A stretch of DNA of 64,000 nt, taken from the NCBI GenBank assembly GCA_028534125.1, contig CM052817.1, positions 103,914,001 through 103,978,000 on the forward strand, read 5' to 3'. Source of the stretch: Lama glama. Taxonomy: Eukaryota. How positions within the stretch are numbered: position 1 is the stretch's first letter; the number at the start of each line of letters is the position of its first letter. Both the position numbers and the translations under genes were made by a program. Of this stretch, positions 26,635 through 37,844 are shown in pieces. The notes under the pieces were generated by a model. It saw only the letters and a program-made list of their open reading frames with translations. It made no database searches and was not told the origin of the DNA.

Positions 26635-27289
26635 GAGAATGAAGTCTGCTGACAGTGATACATTACAAGAAATGTTACAATTAAATGTATTAAAATTATT
26701 TAAATTAAAATTCCTGGCTACGTTTAGTTTTCTCTTCTAATTGCATTTTTATTTCACATACCATGACAGTAACATGGTTTCACCTTAATCTAATTGTTTG
26801 TGAATGAGACATATGTTCATTAATAACAGTTGGGAACATCTCAAAGGTTCAAAGCATTATTAAATATTTGAAGTCAATCTGTTATTTATCATGCCGTAGT
26901 ATATTCTTTTGTATGTAATTTTAAAATTGCTACATGAAAAATATACAGAAGTTTCCATTGTTAGTTCTTGGTTAATATTAAATGTGGTTATACAAAATAA
27001 ATACTTTAGATAAATAAGATAATTTCATTTTCTGTGATACATCAATTTACCAATCTTTGGGGTAAAGACTAGTCATGAAAGCTTGGGGTTTAAGAGTTGG
27101 GAGAAACGTGCCTTTTTCTCAGCCTCCACATTTGCTCATGCTCTTAAATTATTGGAGCCACTGGAATGGGATCCCGGTGCTCTGATTTCATTGCAGTGCT
27201 GTCTTGATCATATACTAATTCATATAACTATTCACATAACTAAGGCCTTCTACTTCTTTCTGACATCTGGTCTATTCCCCATCTGAGTG

Positions 27290-27612
27290 TTCTCTCCTTG
27301 CTTTGGACCCTTGCTCCTACTTAACTAAATGCCTGTCATCCTGAACCTGCCACTCAACACTAACTAGTCATTCTCAAAATAGTCTGTCCTTTCCCTTCAT
27401 AGTAGTTACTCGTAATTTGTAATTTTTATATCTGTGTATATATATTTATTTGGTTAGTATCTATCCTCCCAACTAGAGTGCAGTCCACTTAAGGGTAAGG
27501 AATCTGCTTTTTTTGGACAACAGTTGTTTGCCATTTCCTAAGACAGTGTCTGGCGTGTATAGCGAACATTAAATTTGCAATGAGTAAACCAACATGTGAA
27601 TTGATGAATGAA
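27290..27612 (+). mobile_element. L2 3' end
   Basis: tctatcctcccaactagagtgcagtccacttaagggtaagg...cctaagacagtgtctggcgtgtatag...gatgaatgaa. Confidence 0.7.
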
Positions 27613-30600
27613 GGGGGTTGATCAAAGCAATGTATTTGGGGATTTTACAAATGATGTTGGAAACTCAGACTATGTTTACATTCATAAATCTGTTTGATGA
27701 AAACATTTGGATTCATCAAACATCTAAAAATCTAAACATACCTTTTCTTAAAAAAGAAAGTGGTTTATGTGTTAAATTTAACTTTCTTCTTCCCACAAGC
27801 AAAACGAAGCAAACAAAAGTCCTCCTGTGGCTGCAGCAGCCACAGACGCAGTCTTGCTGTTCGAGGACTTTTATAAAGATCTAACACGTAAGCATAATGG
27901 ATGCATCAGGAACATAACATTTTGACGTATTTATGTTATTAAGAAGCATTCATAAGTTCTAGGGTCACAGGTGTTTCACTGGACTTTGAGGAAATTCACT
28001 TATCTTGTTATGTGCCTTGCCACAACCCATTTCAATATAAGGTATTTCCATCAGAGTTACTTAACACTTGAAATCCAGAACAGACGACTCTTTAAGAATT
28101 CATATAAATTCTCAGAAATTATCCTTAAAGAACTCTGAGCCGTGTTTGACCACTGCTGCTTCAAACAGTTCAAAAATGAGTAAAGACATGAAGAAGTGGC
28201 GGAGGACACACTGGAAGTTACACATGACTTCCCATTTATTCCCTAATGCACTTGCAGCATGTGTAGAGGCTCTTAGCTTACACGTAGTAACACGTACTCT
28301 ACATTTCTGGGCTTTATTTGCCTCTGGGGAATGTAATCGACCGAGTGTGTGTTTTTCCCCTTGTAGCTTGCTCTGAGTTCAGGGATTATCTTGAGGGATG
28401 TCTCCTACGTATGATCCTCATTGCAAGCTTCTGTACTACTGTGTGGCTTGCATTCTTCCAGTCTTTAGGGATTAATTTATAATTTGATTGTCTTTAAGAA
28501 TGGGTTTTAGGATGAAGTAGCTCGCAGTAGTCCATTTGGAAGGGCTTCAGTAACACGTCTGCTGGACATCTTAGATGCCAGCGGTGGTTAGGGGTGGGGG
28601 GGCTTTACTAAGACTCATGACTCACTCAGGGTGTTGATTGTCCCAGTAATGCCCGGCGGGGGCGGGGGGGGCTGCAACTTTCTTCTTTCCTAATAGCAAC
28701 TAAGAAAATAAAATTCCCTTTGCTTGTCTCATGGTTTCCCTTAACATCCCAGACTTGAAATGTGTGCACGTCTGTGTTGGTGGCGTGGTTTGGAAAAATG
28801 GGGCGTGGGTACTTGGTGAAGTGAAGTCAAACTCCACCAGCCATGTATTTAATTAACATTACTCGTGGGGTACAAGAGCACGTGAAAGGGCATGACAATT
28901 CCAAATAGGGATGAAGGATGGTGATTTGTGGAGTGCCTGCTCTCTGCCAGGCATGCTGGCAGGTGGTCCATACACGATCCCATTGATCCCTCATTTAATC
29001 CTGTGAGGTACCAAAGATGAGGAGGAGGATGCCAAGTTACATCACCTGCCCAAGCTGGCCCCTTTCCTCTTGGTGTTTCCAGAAATTGTTCTTTCTCACC
29101 ACAAAGACATTCTTCATTTCTTGGAAGAGAAATATGTGCTTTTAGTAGAAGATTGTGTTTTTTAGGAATATCGTACAGAAACAAATCATAAAGTCTGGTT
29201 GCAAATCATAAAGCAGAGAGGGGCCTGCCAAGTTCCGGGGGCCCTTTGTTGAAAGAAGGAAAGAAAAGATGAACTGGACAGCAGACACCATGCACGTCCA
29301 CAGGTGAATGTCCTGGATTCCAAGCCAGAGAGAGAACGCGGCTCAGCTCACGTGGCAGAGATAAAATGACAGACCCCAGCGTGGAATGAATCATGTCCAA
29401 CCACCCCTCCTCCAGAAAGATAAACACCCATTAAGTGATTTTAAAGTTCTCTTTTGGAAGTCTTCTATTTGTAAACATGAAGATATACTTGTAATTATGT
29501 CTACCTGAACTGCATTTTGCAGATAGATTCTTTTTCCTGGCCTTAATTGAATATTCTTAAAGAATATTCTTAAAAGAATATTGAGGCCTAATTAGAATAT
29601 TCTCTATAATAGAACTCATGCACATAAAAAGTGTTATTAGACTTTCTCCCAGCCTTATCTTTTGTAACTGAAATTCTCAATTTTTTAGGAGTTGCAGTTT
29701 TGTCTTTCATACTTCGTTTTCACTCCTCTGTCAAAATCAGCCAAATTCATGACCCCTGTCAACCTTCAACCCTTCTGCAATGTTTTTCCATCCACTTGGG
29801 GACGTTTTCATTCTTTTTGCCATCTATGATATTGAACATTTGGCACTCTTCCTTTGTTTCATTGATTTTTTTTTCTGTTGGCTTTCTTCTTTGATTCTTT
29901 GTGTACTCACTCACTAAATATATGTTCCTTAACTTTCTGACACTGGCTTTCTCTATTGGCCCAGTGTTTTCTCTTTGCGTGATGCACCGACTACCAGGGC
30001 TGAGCTATCGGCATTGTGCTTGTACGTTCCTGATGCAAATCCAGTCCTGCCCACTTTCCTCAGCTCCAGAGGGAATGTTCTTTCTGTCGCATGGACTTAT
30101 CCCCTCTTTGTTCTATAGAATTCAGCACGGTTAGATCTAAATCTAATTTAAGACAGCCTTACAGTTATTCTGTGTCTTGTAGCTATTTTTCACCCAAGCT
30201 AGAAAATAAATACGTAGTGTTCCACTTTCTTTTCCTCATTTGTCGTGTCCTGGCAATTACAGCTTCAAAATGCTTCTCTTTTCCATCCCATCTTTCATTT
30301 CCATCGCCATTGCCATCAGTCAGCATATCCAGTTCTCCAGTCTCTAATGCCTTTTCCCCTCTAACATTTTCTCATAGTCCTGTTCCTCTGTGAAACTTAT
30401 GTCTCCATTGTCAACACATTAAATGCTGAATTATGTGATTGGCCATTTTAAGATCTGGTCTCGTCTTAATTTTTAGTGTCTTTGTTATTTATATCTCTCC
30501 AAATTAGGTAAATCAGGTAGGCTTGTATGCACATTTGTGTGGATTAGCTTTTTCTTTTGTTTTCCCATCTTCTCTTTCCCTTCCTACTCATACCTTCCGT

Positions 30601-32823
30601 ATCCTTTAATGTACAGTTTAAATGCCACCTCTTTTTTGTCAAAAAATGAGTAAATCTCCATCTTTTATCATTTTGCATGCAGGTATGTGATCACTGGTGC
30701 ATTTATTACACTGAAACTATCATCACTGTTAATTTCATGCATATTGTCCTCTACCAATTTCATAAAAATATTAGTTCAAGAAGTGGAAACTATCAGCAGC
30801 TGGGAAGTCTCCAGAGAGAAGATTTGGAGCCTTGGGGAAAAATGCCATTTTTGGAATTTCAAGTTATATTGAGACCTCCATGGACAGAGAGAAGGCTAGA
30901 CATGGGTTTTAGGATTTGTAGGTATCTCAAAAGCTCATTATGGACAGCAATAAATTCCCATAAGGGTATACCAGTTGGTTCTAATCAGCCAGCTGAATAA
31001 TTCATTGCTGGAAATATTTCTTTTCAGCCAGAGAATTTTGAAGAGCTAAGAGCCATGAAGGCAGACTCTTGGCAATACTGAAAGTGACACTAATGATAAT
31101 GATATTCTGTGGCGGGGAAGGAGGCAGCAGGGGAAGAAGAGACATTTGGAACTGAATTGAATGCCTAGTCCTTTATAAGTGTTCTGGTCCTGGAGAGTAG
31201 GCTTAGGTATCTGAAGTTTTGATTTTTATTTCTGATATTTATAAGTTCCAAGGCTACAAGTGTGTGCCATATTTGTTTGATTTTTAGGTATTTTTCTTCC
31301 ACTGAACACATTCACTCAGAGAATTTTGGTAGCTAATATGAGAATTCTGTTACAAATTGAGGCATTTTACTTTGAATAAGACATCTGTTGAAAATCGGCC
31401 CAGTAGCCAAACAACTCAACTGCTGTCCAACCTCAGAAAATCATGAAAGATGGACTGGAAGAGTGTTTGGGGTATAGACGCTTTTCACCAGTTGTACCAA
31501 ATAGGAAATCTCTCCTTTGTACACCTAGGGCCTGTGCAGCCGTGGCTGGAATGCCTAGACGGAAGGCCAACAAATTGCGCCTTATATACTTTTGGTTACT
31601 TGACTTGTTTGCCTTCAGCTAATACTGCATTTCAATAATAAAGGCAATTTCTAAATTTCCCTTTTATTACCTAAGACTTGCTGCTTTCAGATGCAGTGAT
31701 TTCTTTCCATTACATTATTTCTAAGATTTCCATTTAACTTGTCAAAGATGTCAGGACTTTTAGTGCTAGTTTTTTTTTCCCTTCATTAAAATGTAGATTT
31801 GTGAACTATAAATTATTACGGACAGTGAAGGGATTTGGTTTAGGAAGCTCTGGAAGGAACACAGCTCTAATGGAAAGAAAATAATGCTCCCTTCTTGTGC
31901 AAAGCTTAGCACATAGTGTACACCCAATACATAGTTGTTGGATGAGTGCGTGCTTAATACATATTTTTTAACTGGTAATGTTGGAGCAGGTATGTGATTA
32001 ATATGTCTGTGTCAGGAGGAATATCTATGGGATAGGATGAGTGCCTCCTTTAAGATGTATTTTGTTTAACATGTGAAGATGTTAAAATCCACCTGAAACC
32101 CATGTTTTCTATGCCTTACTTTACTTTGAACTTTTTTATCCTGAAACAAAATCTATCATTTTCCTCTGTAGAGTACACCTGAAAGGAAAGCAGATTTTCT
32201 CTTCTCACTTAACTCCCTCTGACCACAGCAGAGTACCTCACTTTGCTTCAATCTTGGTGTCAGTTTAACTTGGGAAAGAATAAAGTATAACCTCTTTCTA
32301 GAGATGCTCTCAGAAGATCAAGTCTTTCCAGTAACAAGAGCATCATTTGTCCACAGAGACAATAGTATATTACCCATTACCTTAGCGAGGTAATGTCTTT
32401 GTAAGCATCCTGAAAGAAAAAGCCTCTTTTAAGCTCTGGTGGGAGTTGAGCGTAACTTTGTAGAAAAGAAACCTGAAAGGCCTTTAGAGAAACACACTCA
32501 TAATGTTTCAGGGATAACTGTAAATCCATGCAAAGGTATTGTATCACATCCTGTTATGTGAAACAAAATATAAAAATGGCTTAAAATTTACAGAAGGGAA
32601 TCGTCCGTATTCTGGGCTGCAAATCAGGTGGTAATGGGTTACTTCCTGTGGGTATTCACTGCTCAAACTTTGAAGAAAGTTATCTGTTATGGAAAGATTT
32701 CAGGGTACTAGGGTTTCTGTTTTTGTTTCCTCTTGTACTTAGAGAAGTGCTACTTCATTAATCTGTTCAATATATTCATCCTCTCTTTGCAATGTGAAAC
32801 AATGTTGGAGGGGCCTTTATTTT

Positions 32824-32901
32824 ATTTTCCTCCCATTTTTTAATTGAAATATAGTTGATTTACAATATTGTATTAGTTTCTAGTATACAGCGTAGTGATT
32901 C

Positions 32902-32932
<31 letters not shown>

Positions 32933-33115
32933 ATATATTCTTTTTCATTACAGGTTATTACAAGCCATCGAATATAGATCCTTGTGCTATATATTAGGAC
33001 CTTGTTTATCTATTCTGTACATGGTAGTGTGTATCTGCTAATGCCAAACTCCCAATTTATCCCTCCCTTCCCACTTCCACCTCTGGTAACAGTAAGTTTA
33101 TTTTATATGTCTGTG
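32824..33115 (-). mobile_element. L1 3' UTR end with internal (TA)n
   Basis: ttttttaattgaaatatagttgatttacaat...; TSD ggggc(c/t)tttatttt at 32810-32823 and 33116-33129. Confidence 0.92.
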
Positions 33116-33548
33116 GGGGCTTTTATTTTTAATCTATTTCTATTTAGCATTTTAACTTCTTTTTGTGTACTTCTTCCATATTTGAATTTTCTAGAAAAAT
33201 ACTACTTGGTAGTGGGCAGTTTATATAAAAAAATGCGTTTATGCTGAAACCTGAAACATCCAAGTTCTTTCACTTATAAGAGTAAAAATTGTTAATATGT
33301 TTGGAGTCTTTTTAAACTCTATTTGGGTCTTGTGTTTTAACCCCTATCACTTGGCATTGTATTAAGATGTTTTCCTAGATCAGATAGGTGTGGATTAAGA
33401 CCTGACTTGTGAAGTTATCAGAATTCAAAATTATAAGGTCTCAAATTGAGGAGATTCATGGTGTCTATTTAATATTTAAGTAAGCATGCTTCAGGTAAAT
33501 TGAGTCATGTGGTTTCCATATTTTATGGCTTCTCCACCACTGCCTTTT

Positions 33549-33682
33549 AATTTAAATTTTTGTTTGTTTGTTTTTTGAGGGGAAGGTTTATTTGTGTATT
33601 TATTTTAAGGGAGGCACAGGGGATTGAACCCAGGACCTTATGCATGCTAAGTGCACACTCTACCATTGAGCTATACCTCCCC
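33549..33682 (-). mobile_element. Vic-1-like SINE
   Basis: gggattgaacccaggacc...ctaccattgagctatacctcccc (antisense B and A boxes); TSD ccactgcctttt at 33537-33548 and 33681-33692. Confidence 0.93.
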
Positions 33683-33694
33683 ACTGCCTTTTTA

Positions 33695-34300
33695 ATAGAT
33701 TTTTTATTTTGAAATAATGTAAAATTTAGATTTACAGAGAAGTTGCCAAGATATTATAGACAATTCCTATACACTTCTCCTCCATTTCTCCAGCTTTTAA
33801 CATCTTTACATCACCATGGCCCATTTATCAAAACTAAGAAATCATTAGCTTCTACTGCAGGACTATTAACTAAACTCCAGGCTTTATTGGGACTTTACTG
33901 GCTTTTCCACTAACCTCCACTTTCTAGTCCACAGTCCCAGTCAGGACACGACATTGTGTTTAGTCATCGTGTCTCCTCAGCCTCCTCTGGTTTGTTACAG
34001 TTTCTCAATCTTTCCTCATTTTCATAAACTTAGCAGTTTTGAGGACAACTAACCAGCTCTTTCTAGGATGCCTCTCAATTTAGGTCTGATGATTTTCTCA
34101 CGAAAGACGCGGTAGAACACTGCAGAGGTGAGGTGCTCTTCCCGCCCCGTCCCCTCAGGGGTGCATGCGATCTATATGATGCATCACTGCTCATGTGCAT
34201 CCTGGTCACCTGGAAAGGGACATGATCACCAGATCTCTCCACCCTCCAGCTGCCTTCCCTGCCCTTCCTGTACTCTGTTCTTTGGAAGTAAGTGTTAAAT
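33695..34300 (-). mobile_element. Old L1 3' end (L1MC/L1MD-like)
   Basis: ttttattttgaaataat...tagatttacagagaagttgc...tttatcaaaactaagaaat...actattaactaaactccag. Confidence 0.8.
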
Positions 34301-34389
34301 TTCAACTGGCACTCAAGGCTCCAGACCCATTTTTAATGACTCAGGGAATCTGCAGAGGAAGTTTCCTTATTGCTTGCATGGCAGAAAAT

Positions 34390-34630
34390 TTTAATAATAC
34401 CTGCCTTTTCTTTTGTGCTTTCTATATTCAATCCACTGTGCTAAACACGATCTATCAATTGCTTCTCTTAGTACTACAAACCTATAAGATAGAGGTTATT
34501 ATTTCATTTTACAAATGTGGAAACTAGAGTGAGAGAAAAGCAATTGGACAACGTCACATAGAGTAAGGGCATGAACCCAGGTCTGCTGGAGCTACAGCAC
34601 TTATGTTAACCACTGGGCTATACTGCCTCC
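34390..34630 (-). mobile_element. MIR
   Basis: ttattatttcattttacaaatgtggaaactagag...gaacccaggtctgctg. Confidence 0.75.
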
Positions 34631-35184
34631 CGGGTGGACATCCCAAACCTTACCAAATCTGGCCATGAGAAATTGCACACACAGTCTTTGGCTTCTTGGG
34701 TCCCTCTACATTAAAAGAGTCATATTTGGGGCAAGTATATGTGTATTAAAAAGTTTACATAACTTGAAATTTCACCTCTTCTAGATACTGTATTTCTGTG
34801 ACAACTGCTGTGCAATCATATGTACAACTTACGTGTGGGATCTGGGTATGCAGAGTGTCTGCATTCAAGTGTATGGATATTTAATTATAGAAGTTGAAGC
34901 TCTTCCATCAGTTAAAACTTCTGTAACCAACAATGGAATATTTGTGTTATTGGTTAGAAAAGTCAACAACTATGACAGACATGGAAGAAATGTGACTCAT
35001 CTTCACAAAGAAATGTGAGGTGGGGTGGGGCTTAAGCATCAGTGATTGATTTTGCGACACTGGTCTTGAGTCATAAATCGATAGCAACTACATCAAAACT
35101 AGTGTTATGGCTAATTACTTTTTAAATTAAGACGTATTTTTTTTAATTTGAGAACTTCAAAATGCTTCTTGAGATGATTATAGT

Positions 35185-35407
35185 CTAATTATTTATTTTT
35201 TATTTTTTAAACTTTTTTATTGAGTTATAGTCATTTTACAATGTTGTGTCAAATTCTAGTGTAGAGCACAATTTTTCAGTTATACATGAACATACATACA
35301 TTCATTGTCACATTCTCTTTCACTGTGAACCACCACAAGATCCTGTATATATTTCCCTGGGCTACACAGTACAATCTTGTTTATCTATTCTACATTTTGA
35401 AATCCCA
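35185..35407 (-). mobile_element. Young camelid L1 3' end
   Basis: Closely similar to 57200-57390 and to the reverse complement of about 7656-7830; T-rich tail on the left; no TSD found. Confidence 0.9.
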
Positions 35408-35899
35408 AGAAACAGGGCTGGAAATTTCTGTTTAAGGGATTTCTACTTTGTATTAAAGTGTCTGATTTCTCTCCTTTAATTGATGGGGGAAGTGTGTGTA
35501 TGAGAGAGAGAGAGATAGTTGTTTTGCTTTCTGATTCATCCTTAATTATTCTTCATTCCACACATTGTATTGAAAATCAGTTATCAAGTGTAATTGATTG
35601 TAACTCTCAAAAATACTCTCCCTCCTTCACCTCTGTTGCATTAATTTAGGTTCTCTTCTTCCATTTCCTCAGCAAAGGTTGAAGCTCACCACCTGGTCTT
35701 CCTACTACTACTCTTTCTCTTTCTTATGAGAACTATCTCGATCATAGAACACTTCTTCTTACAAATTCCAGTGCCTCTATTTTATGTGAAATCAATATTC
35801 AAAGGTATCTGCACAAGCTTAAAAACTTGAAACCTATCCAGTGGTTCTGCATTAATTGCACCAATTGCTCTGTTGGAATCTTATACTCCTACCATATTG

Positions 35900-36190
35900 A
35901 ATCCAGTTTAGTTCAAATAAAATCTTGTTTTATTCTTCTGTGACTTTTCAGATACTGTTTTCTTGTATGAAATGTCCTTTAGTTTTCTCTATGACTTAAT
36001 CGGTATTTAAGTTGTGTGTTTAAATTGTCACGTCTTTAACTATTCCGATTATTTGTATGTATACATGCCTCCCCTTTCAGTCTGTCAATTTCTTGAGACC
36101 AGGAGTAATGAAATATTTTATTTGTGTCCACAATTTCTGTGACAGTGCTGGGGGTGTCATGTAGATGTTTGATAAATATTAAATTGAGTT
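35900..36190 (+). mobile_element. L2 3' end
   Basis: cctcccctttcagtctgtcaatttcttgagaccagg...gtagatgtttgataaatatt. Confidence 0.6.
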
Positions 36191-37516
36191 GAAATGTATA
36201 ATATGTGCAATGGATATATTTTAATTATGTGAACCTGCTTCATAGAGAAGGCAGAAGAAGAGGATTCTAAAGGAAAGGAAAAAAGAAATGAAGAAAACCT
36301 TAGAAACTAGGTGGTTTGTGTAGCATATGAAAAATACATAGTCTAAAGTTGGGACGGCTAATAGATTCTCCCTGTAGTATTGACTCAGGTGAATCCATTG
36401 TGGCTGAGTCATGTGTGAGAAGCATGGCAAGTCTATGGCAGGATTCAGGAGGAGAGGGAGATACAGCTGATCTGTAATGCTGCCAGGGGTGCAGGAGGAA
36501 GGATGGGGAGGACCTGAGCTTTGAATTTGTTGAGTTGCATCTGGAGCAATAATGCTCAGACTATTTTGTTGTCAAATTGATATTAACAAGGGAAATTTAC
36601 ATGTTTGGATCGAGGCAAAAGTAAGATTCTTTTCAAGCTACCTGTCCCTTAGATTCTCATAATTTTTCATGACACCACAATAAGATGACAAACATTATGA
36701 GAACTGCTGGTCTTCAGCAGTGATTCCAAACCATGGGCCTTAGATTCCTGAAGGGCCCTGCAAGGCTCCTTCATGTCTGTAGCACAAGAGACATTCTCTT
36801 AATTTTTAAAAAATGTTATTCGATGATAATGTACTGTAATTTTAAAGTGTATATATCAGCTATTGTGATTCATAATATAAATAAAATTTATCTAAACAGT
36901 TTGTTAAATGTATAGTAGCTTCTTGTCATGATAGGTTTTTTTAATTAGTGGCCACTAAAAGGAACACATGGTATATTTTCCATGTTCAGAGGGTTTTTTA
37001 TTCTCAAAAGAAAATGGAAATTATTGGTTATGAAAAGATACTGAACCAAATTTGACTTTCATGGGTATCGTTAAAGGAAAGGGACAGGATGCTTGAATGA
37101 ATGGTTAGAAGAAAGAATTAGTATATAGTATTCTGAATCTTAGAAATTGTTGAAGGTTTTAAGAGGGGTGACATTGCAATGTATATGAAAGACTGTTTGC
37201 CAGTTGAAGTTGAACTGATTACAAAATACGTGAACTCCTAATTTTATTATCATAAAAACATACATTGAAAAAAGTCTGTTATTCTAATATTAACATAAAT
37301 ATGTGGCCACTGTTTTATATTGATTCTAAGATGCACATATATTACACATTTTATCATTTCTGAAATTGATATGCAACCTCACAGTTCCTATTGGCCAGGT
37401 AGAAGTTGAGAGTTTTTTAAAATCTTTTTTTTACTGAACTATAGTTAATTTACAATGTAATGTTAGTTTCAGGTATATAGCAGAAGTATCCAGTTTATAT
37501 ATATATATATATATAC

Positions 37517-37549
<33 letters not shown>

Positions 37550-37844
37550 TATATACACACATATATATATATACATACACACATGCACGTATATATTCTT
37601 TTTCAAAATTTTTTCTGTTATAGGTTATTACAAGATATTGAATATAGTTCCCTATGCTATACAGTAGGTTCTTGTTGTTTTTTTCTGTTTTATATATAGT
37701 AATGTGTATATATTCATCCTGAACTCCTAATTTTTCCCTCCCCACAACCTCTTTCCCCTTTGGTAACCATCGTTTGTTTTCTATGTCTGTGAATCTATTT
37801 CTGTTTGTAAATAAGTTCATTTGTATCTTTTTTTTTTTTAGATT

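Noticed and set aside
29549..29583. gaatattcttaaa x2.5 repeat
   Set aside because: Trivial AT-rich slippage repeat.
31443..31638. Overlapping short ORFs in unique sequence followed by aataaa
   Set aside because: No recognisable peptide or convincing splice pair; length within chance.
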